A stretch of DNA of 62,874 nucleotides, filler included, from Octopus bimaculoides (taxonomy: Eukaryota), in the NCBI RefSeq assembly GCF_001194135.2. It is 6 parts of 6 records of this genome, joined end to end, with 100 filler letters (N's around TTAATTAATTAA, not from the genome) between each part and the next. Parts side by side here need not be neighbours in the genome. Positions count along the whole stretch, not along the records: positions 1 to 24,518 come from NC_069002.1; positions 24,619 to 53,273 come from NC_068992.1; 4 more parts are not named here. One strand, written 5' to 3'. Of the stretch, positions 22,550 through 36,734 are shown in pieces. The notes beneath the pieces were generated by a model. The model was not told the origin of the DNA. It was given only the letters and a program-made list of their open reading frames with translations, and searched no databases. Position 1 is the first letter of the stretch. Every line of letters starts with the position of its first letter. Made by a program: the position numbers and the translations under genes.

Positions 22550-23098
22550 GACATCAACTTGTTCTGCTGTGTCAGAAGTCTTGCAATGAGGATTATCCTC
22601 CACACTCCATTTAACAAAGCAAAGGGTCCTGTCAGAGGGCCCTAATTGATCTGGGCAACATGATGTAGACTCCTTCCCCTCTCTGGTGAATTGCACAATC
22701 ACCCAATTAACTGTAGAAAGTGGGATCCCAAGGTTTTCTGCAATTTTACACTATGTCCACCTTCAGAATGACCCACAATACAGCCTCTTTGAATTTCAGA
22801 CAGTTCCAAGGCTTCTTTTGTCCATGGCATGATTAAAAAGTCACATATAGAACCTGAAAGATAAAAATGTCCCTTAATAAAAATATAAACCTTTTCAAGG
22901 TAAAATAAACATAAAACGATTTTTTTATTAGATGTCTACTTACTTCTGTCATGTCTGTATGTGTACACAACACACACACTTATACATCAATTTCTGGAAC
23001 ACATTGTCACGATTCACATGCATGATTAACTATCAAAACACCTCACAATTTTGAACCTCTTTCATTCAAAAACCATTCTAACCATCCCATAAATTCTT

Positions 23099-23100
<2 letters not shown>
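22550..23100 (-). mobile_element. Tc1-like transposon 5' part: leader with ~90-nt intron and HTH N-terminus
   Basis: ATG at 22830: [51 protein letters not shown] (one frameshift). gtaagt donor at 22943 and tttcag acceptor at 22854. Confidence 0.75.
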
Positions 23101-23140
<40 letters not shown>

Positions 23141-23311
23141 TTCAAAACTGTGAGGTGCTTTGATAGTTAAACATACATGTGAATCGTGACAATGTGTTCC
23201 AGAAATTGGTATATAAGTGTGTGTGTGTGTGAGTGTGTACACATACAGACATGACAGAAGTAAGTAGACATCCAATAAAAAATCGTTTTATGTTTATTTT
23301 AACTTGAAAAG
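22891..23311. repeat. ~170-bp inverted repeat (22891-23058 and 23138-23311) around a (TA)n-containing spacer
   Basis: Manual alignment: about 8 substitutions plus a (CA)n length difference. Confidence 0.92.
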
Positions 23312-23471
23312 GGTGTTTTCTTCATGTTTCTCTCCTTGTTTCTTTTTGTGTAAGAGTGTAGGCTCGAAACATTAAAGACGTTTTCACTTTCCGAGCGTTA
23401 TACTAATACATCTGTATGTTTTCTACACCACCTGTCTTCGTCTTTTGTTTTTTTTGTGAATTTTCCCTATA

Positions 23472-23547
<76 letters not shown>

Positions 23548-23999
23548 GTGCCCCTGGATTGGCTCATGTGCGGGCGACACATGAAATCTTCCGAGCGGGA
23601 TCGTTGCCGGTGCCCCTGGGCTGTCTCTTGTGCGGGTGACACATNNNNNNNNNNGGTTTCTCGAGCGAGATGAGCGTGGCCTTTGCCAGTACCGCCTGAC
23701 TGGCCTTCGTGCGGGTGACACGTAAAAGCACCCACTACACTCTCTGAGTGGTTGGCGTTAGGAAGGGCATCCAGCTGTAGAAACTCTGCCAAATTAGATT
23801 GGAGCCTGGTGTTGCCATCCGGTTTCACCAGTCCTCAGTCAAATCGTCCAACCCATGCTAGCATGGAAGGCGGACGTTAAATGATGATGATGATGATATA
23901 TATATATATATATATAAATGTAAGTATAAGGAAATTAATCAAGTATATATATAAAAAGTGTTAAATACATTTAATATAAAAAATGTATGTATGTATTCA

Positions 24000-24518
24000 T
24001 ATAAAAGACATCTGACTTACACAGAATGGAAATGATATCAGAAATTAAGGGGGTTGAGTAGGAGTTTTACGAGTCCAACAGCTGTTTCTGGGGGCTTGGT
24101 GGTCCAAAATAATGCTTGTAATTTGATTCCATCACCGGACACCAACAGCTTCCATCTTCAGGGAAGAATTTTACATTTGTGATGTTGACAGAATGGAGAT
24201 TAAAGATGAAATGATTTTGTGGAGAACTAAGTGTATTAGAAAGAAGAGCTGGGGTGCTAGTGGGAGGAGAAAATAGATTTTGGTGGTAGGATTAATGATG
24301 AGGCTAGTGATAGTAGTAGAGGTGGAAGGTGGGAGAAAGGGTGGTTTAGGTAGATGTGAAAGATGACCTTTGTGTTAGTTTGTATGAAGGCTACAGAGTT
24401 AAAGGTTGAGATAGAGATATTATTTAGTTGACTGCTTCAGTAGCTGGAAGGTGAGACAGGGGTCAAAAGTAGTTGTTAGTGGGGCAAAGGAGTTGGGTTG
24501 GTATTGGAGGGGGTGGGA
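24000..24518 (-). mobile_element. Penelope-like terminal fragment with degenerate hammerhead motif
   Basis: Minus strand CCCTGAAGATGG ... CCAGAAACAGCTGTT at 24075-24165. Confidence 0.4.
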
Positions 24519-24711
24519 NNNNNNNNNNNNNNNNNNNNNNNNNNNNNNNNNNNNNNNNNNNNTTAATTAATTAANNNNNNNNNNNNNNNNNNNNNNNNNN
24601 NNNNNNNNNNNNNNNNNNTATATATATATATATATATATATGAAGGTGGTAGAATCGTTAGCACGCCAAGCGAAATGCTTAGCGGTTTTTCGTCTGTCGC
24701 ACGAAGGTAAA

Positions 24712-26390
24712 TAAACCTAGTTGGTATTTTCAACGGGTTTTTCACTGTTGAGATCAATTTGATTTTTTATAGCATTGAAGATAACCTTAAGGACCAGGTT
24801 ATGTCTCCACGTATGCTTTTCAATGCTAATGAACAGTTGGAAAGAATATGTTTTAGTGTTCCAACCTTTCTGCATTTGCATGTCATTTTCTGAGACGTTC
24901 CATCTTACTAGATTCGTAGGTGATGGCAAAACATCCTACGATGAACGAATCAGAAAACTTAGCCGAGATGTGGTCCACTTCCATATCTCATCCTCGCTTA
25001 TTTCCCTCTCAACAACATGCTCTTTCCATCTCGTCATCTGTCCTTGAATACATCGGATCAAATGAAGCTCTCTTCTCTCTGCTTCCCTCATTTTGACGCT
25101 GTTGCTAACAACAGATCTGCGTTCGCTCCGCATCATACTCGCAAACGATCTAAACTGATCTGCGCCAAAGCCAAGTCTTTTCCGATGGTTTTGCATTGCA
25201 CCCACCATATCTCTATGTGTAAGAGAAGACAAGATGTCATCAGTCTCTGCTCCTGCTTTCCACTTCCATGCTGTTTTCACCTCTGGTAGGTTACGCCTGA
25301 TTTCCATATCCTTCGATTCTCTCAGCATCATCACCGTCCGTATCTTCACCAGTTTATATATTTTGACTATTGACGCTAGTGGCAACTGCAACGAACCTCT
25401 TTTACGATAAAGAGCTGAACTGTTCAATATCCGAGGTAGGCCTAGCCACTTTCTAATGAACACATTACATTTTTGTTCAATGATCTGAACTCGTGACAAG
25501 GCTACCTCGTATATTAAAAGTGGCCACGAAAGTCGCGGCTACAAGTCGAACTGCAAGCATCAAATTTTATAGTCTTCGAGTTATCAATCGCTGATAATCC
25601 ATCCTCGGCTTGTTTCATAATTTCCATTCTGCGACTTCTATCTGACAATGTTCCAGCGTATACTTGTCCCAAGCTCTTGATGGGTTCTTCTTTGACTGTT
25701 GGAATGCTTTCTTCAGTTATTCGAAACTTAAATTCTTTCTGCACGCCCTTAAAAAATGTCAGACTAAGCGACTTTTTTGCTCTAAACCGCATCCTTGACC
25801 ACTGCACAAGTTCGTCTAATCTCAAGAGGGCATTTTGCATGATTTGTTTATCTGTAGCTAGAAGTGTCACGTCATCCATAAAGGATTTCTTAGGCGATTG
25901 TACATGGGCGATTTGTTCCGAAAAATCCACAGCTTTCAAAGTCATCTCTATGATTAAGATAAACCACTTGACAGATATTGACAGCCAGCAGCAATACCAA
26001 TCTCCAATCGGTGCCAATCTGTTGTAAAATTTCCAGCTGTAAACCTCATTTCGAAACTGTCATAATACATCCTCATTATTTTGATCACTTTGTCTGAAAT
26101 GTGGAAATGGTCCGTGCTTCTCATCAGTAATTCGTGTGGCACTGAGCCATATGCATTAGCTAGGTCAAGCCATACCAGGTTCAGACTTCTCTTGTTCTGT
26201 TTGGCATCCTGGATCGCTTTCCAAATCGAAAAAACAATGTTCAACGCATCCAGGGATCCCAGGGATTCCGGCCTTTTGATGAGACTCATCAACATATCCG
26301 TTATTCTGTAAATATGTCACTGTTCTCGAAAGAATTCCCATAAAGATCTTGCCTTCCACATTCAATAAGGACATCGGCCTAAACTGTTTT
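24712..26390 (-). mobile_element. 5'-truncated HERO/NeSL-like RLE non-LTR retrotransposon: RT to zinc-knuckle region, frameshifted
   Basis: [56 protein letters not shown]. Confidence 0.9.
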
Positions 26391-26459
<69 letters not shown>

Positions 26460-26460
26460 C

Positions 26461-26559
<99 letters not shown>

Positions 26560-26605
26560 GACAGACAGACAGCGTCAGAGACAGACAGATAGAGAAAGAG
26601 AGAGA
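26391..26605. repeat. (GATA)n/(GACA)n microsatellite
   Basis: Direct reading. Confidence 0.97.
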
Positions 26606-26769
26606 TTGGTTTTCAAGACAAGAAAACAAATTTCGAGTTGATCGACTATATGCAAAACAATACTCGAAGGGCAGTACACCAGCATGGTTGCAGTCCTAAT
26701 ACTTTTCAAAAATACGAATACAAGAATTAGAATAATAATCTAACTCTAAGCTTCTATCGAATTATTTAC

Positions 26770-28005
26770 AACAGCAATAGTTATATGGTGCACCCATCCC
26801 GAAATGGACACAAGCAGAGATTAATCAACTCGATCGCACTACATGAAAGACAATGAAGGTGTGTCGCCCTCCACCCTAAGGCGAATGTACACTGGCTCTA
26901 AATGAAGAGGGGTAAAGGTGGACGTGAGATGATTAGCGTACGGGAGTGCATCTACTGTGATAGATGAAACATGGCAGGAGGTAAACAGCAAACAAGACCT
27001 GTTACAGTATGTTGCTAATGTAGACTTGAGAGTGCTTACGAATTCCGATCAGAAACAACCAGCGAGAGAGAAGAAACCCTACTCTGCATGGAATTTCATG
27101 GTCAGTTCCATCATGAAACTAACAAATGAAAAGACGGTGACCTAAAACAGAATATTGAAAGCCTAATCATCGCTGCCCAGGATCAGGCATTGAATACTAA
27201 CTCAGTGAAAAGGGATATATACCACACAAGTGCAACGAATCTCTGCAGAATGTGAGGAAAGAGGGTCGAAAGCGTGGCTCACATTGTTAGTGCTCGTGAA
27301 AGTCTTGCGCAGAAAAAGTGCCAACGCAGACAAGACAAGGTAGTCTAAAACCTTCACTGGCTACTATGCCGGAAGTATGGACACGAGGTAACGGGTGCTT
27401 GGTACCAACATATACCGGAAAAGGCGGCGAGCTGGAAGAAACGTTAGCATGCCGGGCGAAAGGCTTAGTGATATTTCGTCTGCTGTTACATTCTGAATTC
27501 AAATTCCGCCGAGGTCGACTTTGCCTTTCATCCTTTCGGGGGTCGATTAAATAAGTACCAGTTACGTACTGGGGTCGATATAATCGACTTAATCCGTTTG
27601 TTTGTCCTTGTTTGTCTCCTCTGAGTGTAGCCCCTTGTGGGCAGTAAAGAAATAAGATACACCGGAAAAGCTAATGGACGAAAAAAGCTAATGGAGACCT
27701 GAGAATTGATATTGCTAACATGAGGAAGTTACGAGAGTCAAACATAAAGGTTGTCCTTATTGGCATCGGAGCATTTGGTTCAATACCACCCAACCTGAAA
27801 AAACATTTAGAAACTTTTGAAATGCTCTACAATCTAGGTGTATTGCAAAAGTCGGCATTACTTGGAACTGCACGCATATTGTGTAAAGTATTGTCTGCCT
27901 GAGGTCCTTGTTGTGACTTGACAGATAGTACAAACCCCCGGTACACATAATATCTTTAAATCAACAACATCACGATATTGGATACTATGCGATGTCTTGA
28001 ATAGT
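26770..28005 (+). mobile_element. R4/Dong-like RLE LINE 3' portion interrupted by a SINE
   Basis: ESLIIAAQDQALNTN...CRM.GKRVESVAHIVS...; LQKSALLGTARILCKVLSA* (stop 27902); then (AAG)n, (ATG)n, (AAT)n. Confidence 0.88.
27424..27660 (+). mobile_element. SINE family A (tail type 2) inserted into the R4/Dong-like element
   Basis: TSD ACCGGAAAAG (27414-27423 and 27661-27670). Confidence 0.9.
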
Positions 28006-28363
28006 AAGGAGAAGAAGAAGAAGAAGAAGAAGAAGAAGAAGAAGAAGAAGAAGAAGAAGAAGAAGAAGAAGAAGAAGATGATGATGATGGTGATGATGAT
28101 GAAATAAAATGCAATTTAATCGGGAAATTATAATAATAATAATAATAATAATCCTTTCTATTATAAGTACAAGGCCTGAAATTTTGGGGAGCAGTATAAT
28201 CGTTTCCATCGACCCCAATATTTCATTAGTACTTAATCTATCGACCCCGAAAGGATGAAAGGCAAAGTTGACTTCGGCTGAAATTGAACTCAGAACGTAG
28301 CGACCGGCTAAATACCGCTAAGCATTTCGTCCAGCGCGCTAACGATTCTGCTAGCACGCTGCT

Positions 28364-28417
<54 letters not shown>

Positions 28418-29105
28418 GTTTCAAATTTTGGCACAAGGCCAGCAAACTCGGCGAAGGGGGTAAGTCGATTACATCTACCCCAGTACTTATTTTATCGACC
28501 CCAATAGAAGAAGAAGAAGAAGAGGAAGAAGAAGAAGAAGGCGGAGAAGAAGAAGAAGAAGAAGAAGAAGAAGAACAACAACAACAACAACAATAACAAC
28601 AACAACAAGGCATGTATTTCGCAAAAAAATAAATGAAAAAAGAAAAGGCTAGGGGAAAAGAAAAAAAGAAAAAGAAAAATAGCAGTTAGCCACAAACCTT
28701 GAAGTAATTAATGAATACACGGACTTCATTATAATCCCTTCTACTGAGGCACAACGCGTTGACATTTAGAGTCGATTATAATGACTCCAGTGTTTCATTG
28801 GTACCTAATTGATCTTATCGACACCGAAGGGATGAAAGGCAAAGTCGACTTCGGCGGAATTAAACCCAGAATGTAGCCTCAGGCGAAAATACCTTCGCCC
28901 GGTGTACTATCGATTCTGCCAGCTCACAGCTTCTCACAGACTGGATTGTTATGAATTGTCTCGTATTATTAAAAGACAAAAAGAAAAAAAAAAACAAGTA
29001 TTGATAATATTACAAGAACCGCAGATTTGTTTTCACTCTCAACTTGCGTGTCACTGTGTTTCTTAAGAAAATTATATAATTTATATAACACTATTTCTCG
29101 TGTAT

Positions 29106-29136
<31 letters not shown>

Positions 29137-29371
29137 TTGTGTGATAACTTTAGTCACTGTTCTTAGCGTAACTGCTTATTATAAGTTGCAAGAGATGATT
29201 AAATGTCAGATAATTTGGCTTCAATGTTAGCTTTGCGCTATCCTTTGAATTCCTCTTCTTACCTATGCATACGTATGTATGTATGTATGTATGTATGAAT
29301 GTACATATATATATATATATATATGCATGCATAGTTATATATGTATGTATGTGTGTGTGTGTGTGTGTGTA

Positions 29372-29408
<37 letters not shown>

Positions 29409-30491
29409 NNNNNNNNNNNNNNNNNNNNNNNNNNNNNNNNNNNNNNNNNNNNNNNNNNNNNNNNNNNNNNNNNNNNNNNNNNNNNNNNNNNNNNNNNNNN
29501 NNNNNNNNNNNNNNNNNNNNNNNNNNNNNNNNNNNNNNNNNNNNNNNNNNNNNNNNNNNNNNNNNNNNNNNNNNNNNNNNNNNNNNNNNNNNNNNNNNNN
29601 NNNNNNNNNNNNNNNNNNNNNNNNNNNNNNNNNNNNNNNNNNNNNNNNNNNNNNNNNNNNNNNNNNNNNNNNNNNNNNNNNNNNNNNNNNNNNNNNNNNN
29701 NNNNNNNNNNNNNNNNNNNNNNNNNNNNNNNNNNNNNNNNNNNNNNNNNNNNNNNNNNNNNNNNNNNNNNNNNNNNNNNNNNNNNNNNNNNNNNNNNNNN
29801 NNNNNNNNNNNNNNNNNNNNNNNNNNNNNNNNNNNNNNNNNNNNNNNNNNNNNNNNNNNNNNNNNNNNNNNNNNNNNNNNNNNNNNNNNNNNNNNNNNNN
29901 NNNNNNNNNNNNNNNNNNNNNNNNNNNNNNNNNNNNNNNNNNNNNNNNNNNNNNNNNNNNNNNNNNNNNNNNNNNNNNNNNNNNNNNNNNNNNNNNNNNN
30001 NNNNNNNNNNNNNNNNNNNNNNNNNNNNNNNNNNNNNNNNNNNNNNNNNNNNNNNNNNNNNNNNNNNNNNNNNNNNNNNNNNNNNNNNNNNNNNNNNNNN
30101 NNNNNNNNNNNNNNNNNNNNNNNNNNNNNNNNNNNNNNNNNNNNNNNNNNNNNNNNNNNNNNNNNNNNNNNNNNNNNNNNNNNNNNNNNNNNNNNNNNNN
30201 NNNNNNNNNNNNNNNNNNNNNNNNNNNNNNNNNNNNNNNNNNNNNNNNNNNNNNNNNNNNNNNNNNNNNNNNNNNNNNNNNNNNNNNNNNNNNNNNNNNN
30301 NNNNNNNNNNNNNNNNNNNNNNNNNNNNNNNNNNNNNNNNNNNNNNNNNNNNNNNNNNNNNNNNNNNNNNNNNNNNNNNNNNNNNNNNNNNNNNNNNNNN
30401 NNNTTATCCTTTAAACCTATTCATTTATTTTTTATTTTCCAATCCAATTATACAAAAACACGTAAGATTTCTTTTTTGCAGAATCACTTCT

Positions 30492-30546
<55 letters not shown>

Positions 30547-31968
30547 CTCTCTCCTTCTCTCTCTCTCTCTCTTTCTCATTATCTTTCTTCCTTTCTGTTC
30601 TTCTTTCCTTTCTTCTTACTTTCTGTCCTTTCCAATTTTCTTCTGCCGCTTGTCTTCTTTCTCTCTTTTCTCTTTTTCTTTCGTCTCTCTGGATCTATTT
30701 TAAAACGGGAGCCACATTTTTCATTAATGTTTTACGTAGTGTTTTTGGTACGGCAAGACTTTCAAACTTCGTATACTTATCTATTTTGTGTTATAGAACA
30801 GAAAAATATTTTTGTATTCGAATTTATTTCATGTAAAAAATTGTCTTATTTCGATAATTTCAACCAATCACTGACAAGTATTCAGTTGTTTATATTTACT
30901 CCTTTGGCTGATTAAGCGATGTAAAGCGTATTTAATCTCCATACCTTCGTTTTATTTGCTTTTTTCATTTTAAATTTGCTTTNNNNNNNNNNNNNNNNNN
31001 NNNNNNNNNNNNNNNNNNNNNNNNNNNNNNNNNNNNNNNNNNNNNNNNNNNNNNNNNNNNNNNNNNNNNNNNNNNNNNNNNNNNNNNNNNNNNNNNNNNN
31101 NNNNNNNNNNNNNNNNNNNNNNNNNNNNNNNNNNNNNNNNNNNNNNNNNNNNNNNNNNNNNNNNNNNNNNNNNNNNNNNNNNNNNNNNNNNNNNNNNNNN
31201 NNNNNNNNNNNNNNNNNNNNNNNNNNNNNNNNNNNNNNNNNNNNNNNNNNNNNNNNNNNNNNNNNNNNNNNNNNNNNNNNNNNNNNNNNNNNNNNNNNNN
31301 NNNNNNNNNNNNNNNNNNNNNNNNNNNNNNNNNNNNNNNNNNNNNNNNNNNNNNNNNNNNNNNNNNNNNNNNNNNNNNNNNNNNNNNNNNNNNNNNNNNN
31401 NNNNNNNNNNNNNNNNNNNNNNNNNNNNNNNNNNNNNNNNNNNNNNNNNNNNNNNNNNNNNNNNNNNNNNNNNNNNNNNNNNNNNNNNNNNNNNNNNNNN
31501 NNNNNNNNNNNNNNNNNNNNNNNNNNNNNNNNNNNNNNNNNNNNNNNNNNNNNNNNNNNNNNNNNNNNNNNNNNNNNNNNNNNNNNNNNNNNNNNNNNNN
31601 NNNNNNNNNNNNNNNNNNNNNNNNNNNNNNNNNNNNNNNNNNNNNNNNNNNNNNNNNNNNNNNNNNNNNNNNNNNNNNNNNNNNNNNNNNNNNNNNNNNN
31701 NNNNNNNNNNNNNNNNNNNNNNNNNNNNNNNNNNNNNNNNNNNNNNNNNNNNNNNNNNNNNNNNNNNNNNNNNNNNNNNNNNNNNNNNNNNNNNNNNNNN
31801 NNNNNNNNNNNNNNNNNNNNNNNNNNNNNNNNNNNNNNNNNNNNNNNNNNNNNNNNNNNNNNNNNNNNNNNNNNNNNNNNNNNNNNNNNNNNNNNNNNNN
31901 NNNNNNNNNNNNNNNNNNNNNNNNNNNNNNNNNNNNNNNNNNNNNNNNNNNNNNNNNNNNNNNNNNNN

Positions 31969-32032
<64 letters not shown>

Positions 32033-33769
32033 ACTATCTATCTATCTCACATTCAACTTGTACACAACCTCCATAAGGAAAGGTATGTATACCGCGTTTC
32101 AGTAACATCAATACACACGCATACACGCAATATGTACAGAAACATTTCTATACGTATATATATATATATATATATATACGAATATATACGTATATACGTG
32201 CTCATGAATATACATATACATATTTGTGTGTGTGTGTGTGTGTGCGCGCACATGTTTATACATTTACGCCTGTGTTCATGTATGTACGTATTTGCATATA
32301 TATGCTGGTAAGTATCCACAAGGACACACGTACATTTTTTCATGTAGTCGCATTTATTATATTTTATTCACATAATTTTCTTGCAAACATTAAAAATACA
32401 CTTCATCAATAATAAAGAGCTGGCACGCACCTCCATCCCCCCGCCCACGGCAAACAGACACACAGAGACTCGCGCACACACACACATGTACAAAGAAGAA
32501 GCGGCAGAGATAGAATACACACGCATTCAAGCAAATGACACAGTTGTGCAGAGTTTTCTGTTTCTTATATTGTAAAGTAAGCCAAAAAATTATTCGCAGG
32601 AGTGACTGTGTGATTGCTAGTTTGCTTACCAACCACATGGTTCCGTGTTCAGTCCCACTGCGTGGCACCTTGAGCTAGTGTCTTGTACTATAGCTTCGGG
32701 TCGACCAAAGCCTTGTGAGTGGATCTGGTTGACGGAAGCTGANNNNNNNNNNNNNNNNNNNNNNNNNNNNNNNNNNNNNNNNNNNNNNNNNNNNNNNNNN
32801 NNNNNNNNNNNNNNNNNNNNNNNNNNNNNNNNNNNNNNNNNNNNNNNNNNNNNNNNNNNNNNNNNNNNNNNNNNNNNNNNNNNNNNNNNNNNNNNNNNNN
32901 NNNNNNNNNNNNNNNNNNNNNNNNNNNNNNNNNNNNNNNNNNNNNNNNNNNNNNNNNNNNNNNNNNNNNNNNNNNNNNNNNNNNNNNNNNNNNNNNNNNN
33001 NNNNNNNNNNNNNNNNNNNNNNNNTGGGGGGAGGGGTGTTGTGTGTGTGTCTGTATCTGTGTGTTTGTGTATCTGTGTTTGTCCCCCCCATCATCGCTTG
33101 ACAACTGATGTCGGTGTATTTACGTCCCCGTGACCCGGCGGTTCGGCAAAATAGAGACCGATAGAATAAGTACTAGGCTTACAAAGAATAAGTCCAAGGG
33201 TCGATTTGTTCGACTAAATGTGGTGCTCCAGCATGGCCAAGTGACTATGTTTTCGCAAAGGGAAAAGTTTTAAAAATAGCATTATTAAAAAAAAAGCACA
33301 TTCTTTTATTTTTTTACTATGTTTCTAGTATAATATAAAGGCGCATGGCTTAGTGTTTAGAGCAGTTGGCTCATGATCGAATAGTCGTGAGTTCAATAGC
33401 GACGCGGTGTCCTTGAGTAAGATATTCCCGTTGCTCTAGTTCACTCAGCTGGTAAAATGATTAGTACCTGTATTTCAAAGAGCCGGCCTTGTCATATTCT
33501 ATCACGCTGAATCCCCGTGGGAATTACGTTAAGAGTGTACGTGTCTGTAGAGTACTCAGCCACTTACATGTTAATTTCGGGTACCATAAAATAAATACCA
33601 ATTACTTATTTCTCTGCTTTCTATTATATATCTTCTGTTATATCTTTTAATGCGGTAGTATCTCCCCTTGATTGATGTTAACCCCACATGCTTTTGTTTT
33701 TGTATTTTTTTGTGCTGTTACTCGGCCTTCGATATTGTCTTCCATGTCATGGGCCAATAGAAAAAATTA

Positions 33770-33823
<54 letters not shown>

Positions 33824-34559
33824 TTACTGCTGAAGACGACAAACGTATTTCGAAGTAAGTCTTGCTTAAAACTTTAGTTTACACCCGTTTGTTACCGTTT
33901 TTACCCCCCGTTTAAACCAAATGGTACATTTTACACACACAAAACAAAAAATAGAATACTACTTTAATTGTAGCGCAAAATATTAATAGTAAACGCAAAC
34001 TGAAAGAAAAAAAACACACAAGCATTTTAACTACATTAGAGTATGCTTGCACATATTGCTTTAGATGTAAACACGAACGACTAAGAATTGTACTTTGGTT
34101 GGGTTCTTTTTAACAGACGAAAACTCAAGATAAGACCCATTTTCTCGGAAGATCGGTACTTTGGTAACTTTTTGCGCATCAAACTTTTGTGTACCAGCCT
34201 TTCGCGATCAGTTGTTACTGAGTTCACTGAGAGGTGAAACGTAACGCATAAAAAGCAGAATTGCAACGTTAGATGAAGAACGGATCAAGACTAGGTGCGA
34301 TGCATAGCGTTAGGTGTCCAGAAGTAGGACAGCCACCGATCTCGTCTCTCCTTACTAGTTGAACGATGGCATCGGTGGGTGAGCTACTCCAGCAATCTAT
34401 GGAGGATTATTATGCAGGGGCTTAGCGCCGGCCCTGCTGTTAGCAAATTTATGGTTTAGGGTTACAGTTAGGATTAGTATTTAGCAAGTATGGTGTTATT
34501 GTAAATATGTACCAAATTTTTATCCAGTTATAGTTATGTATATGAGCAACCAGCATTTG

Positions 34560-35240
34560 TGTGAAAGTGTTGGTGTGAATATGCGCACGACAGGACCGTA
34601 CGCAGAAATTTTGTTTAGAAAAGTACTTTTACATACCTTGCTGTCAATTCATTGGATTAATCCCAGTGTTTTTGGTAACAACATATTCTCCCTTCAAATT
34701 ACATATCTTCATCCGTAGGAAATCGACGACCTCGTGAACCATCTTTGAGCGGTCCAAAGATATGATTGTTAGAAGGGGCGAGATCCGGGCTGTAGGCACC
34801 TCAAAACTCAATTAGTTCCAGCGCCTTAAAACCCAACTGGTTAATGGCTTTAACGATCTGAGCGGCCATGTATGGGAGTGCATTCTTATGCAACAACAAA
34901 ACTTTCTTCGACAATAGGCTTCGGCGTTTGGTGCAAATTGCTGGCTTCAGTTTATTGGCCAGCAAAGTACTGTATCTTGCACTGTTGATCGGATACCCCT
35001 TTCCCAGATAATCTTCCAATAAAGGTTCCGTTGAGTCCCAAAAAAGGATTAGCATCACCTTTCCCACGGAAGGCTGAGTCTTGAATTTCTTCGTCGCTGG
35101 CGAGCCAGGATGTTTCCACTCGGTCTCTTAGATTCTACTTCCTAATGATGGATCTGCAATTCATCTCCTGAGACTATTCTGCTCAAAAATTCCTCGACCT
35201 CATTGTTGTAGCGATCAAGTGAACAATGACAGACCTCAAG
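34560..35240 (-). mobile_element. mariner transposase remnant
   Basis: GKVMLILFWDS...YLGKGYPINSARY...VLLLHKNA; downstream YSPDLAPSD motif in another frame. Confidence 0.88.
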
Positions 35241-36207
35241 ACGTTAGCGTTTGTGTTCTGCAGTAAGCTCTCTGTAGTAAGCTCAGTAAGTGGTGGTGGT
35301 GGTAGTGGTAGCAATGTTGGTGGCAGCCAATCGTGGTTCCGGGAGTGGTAGTGAGTTGAAACTCATGGTCCTCCAGTAATTATTGATAACCCTTTATGAT
35401 GATGTGTTGCGTTTGTTCATTGAAAGTTTAATTAGCAATGACATTTTCATTTGTTTGCTGTGTCATTACTTGCTTGTTAACGATAAATTCCCATCTGTAA
35501 ATTATGTTGGCTAATGACTTGATAATTGTTATAATGTTAATTTATCCTTTATTTATTTATTATAGTAAAACCTCTTAGCTATGCTGATTGGTGAATTGGA
35601 AGGATGGTTAGAGTGGTCTATTCGCCTGTTTTGTGCTATTTCTTTCGTCTCTTAACGTTCTCGGCCCAAATTCAGCCGAGGTCAAATTTACCTTTCGCTC
35701 CTATGAGATCTATGAAATAAAACTACCGGTGAAGCATAGGATCGATGGAAAGACCTGTCCCCTTTGCTTATAACTGCTGACTTTATGTCTATGTTAGAAA
35801 TACTTATTATAATGAAGCATTACATAAAGAACAACTAAAATATTTGTAAGCGCAAAATACTATCAACGAAAATTGATTTAGTATAATCCTCTTTATAGTT
35901 TAAACGTTTGTGCTAATGTTGACGAGATTTTCCTAAAATATTTTAAGTAAGCTCTTCTTCATAGATGCCATAAGATATTTAAAAGAAGGCGAACTACAGT
36001 TTCGTCAAAAAATTTGCTACTTCCACTATCCATATCAACGGAAGAAACTTGTGTCGCACATAAACTCAAAACTAAACTCTTCTACGCAATTGGAACAACG
36101 ATAATGTCTGACCCCTCAATGGTATGTGTGTTTTTAATTCAATTTTAATTCATTTTTTTCTTGCAGACGTCAATTAAAGATCTTATGTAGTGACTACTTT
36201 CTTTGCC

Positions 36208-36242
36208 ATGTCTACCATAATACCGCGTGGCATATCAGCTGG
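36208..36242 (+). CDS. Candidate start exon of an unidentified gene: MSTIIPRGISA(G)
   Basis: gccATG at 36208 inside an exon with acceptor tttttcttgcag| (36167). Weak donor GG|gttggc. Phase 2 matches the next exon. Confidence 0.3.
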
Positions 36243-36256
36243 GTTGGCTCGCTATC

Positions 36257-36364
<108 letters not shown>

Positions 36365-36393
36365 TCTCCTAATGCTTTATTTGAGTTCTACAG

Positions 36394-36543
36394 ACGTGCG
36401 GCATTTCTCAGTATACAATCGACTGATGATCTGGGCGGCCAGTGGATGTCACCAGAACAGGAAATGAACTATTACGAAAGATTGTCATTGAAAGTCATAC
36501 CGTATGACAAGTGGTACTGCCATCTTGTCTCATCCACACTTGT
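36394..36543 (+). CDS. Candidate exon: RAAFLSIQSTDDLGGQWMSPEQEMNYYERLSLKVIPYDKWYCHLVSSTL
   Basis: tctacag| after a (TCTG)n(TC)n tract and GT|gtaaga donor; 150 nt, single open frame, complex non-repeat sequence. No homolog recognised. Confidence 0.45.
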
Positions 36544-36587
36544 GTAAGACCATGTCATTGCTTGTGTCCCAACATAATGAGATACCT

Positions 36588-36619
<32 letters not shown>

Positions 36620-36650
36620 GAGAGAGAGATAAATAGATAGATATATAGAC

Positions 36651-36690
<40 letters not shown>

Positions 36691-36734
36691 GGATAGATAG
36701 ATGGTGGACTCGACTATTTTAAACGCTATTTTCT

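Noticed and set aside
24563-24574. TTAATTAATTAA islands inside N runs (also 53318, 58377, 59725, 61684)
   Set aside because: Identical 12-mer with stops in all six frames, centred in 44+44 Ns (100 bp total): an assembly gap spacer, not biology.
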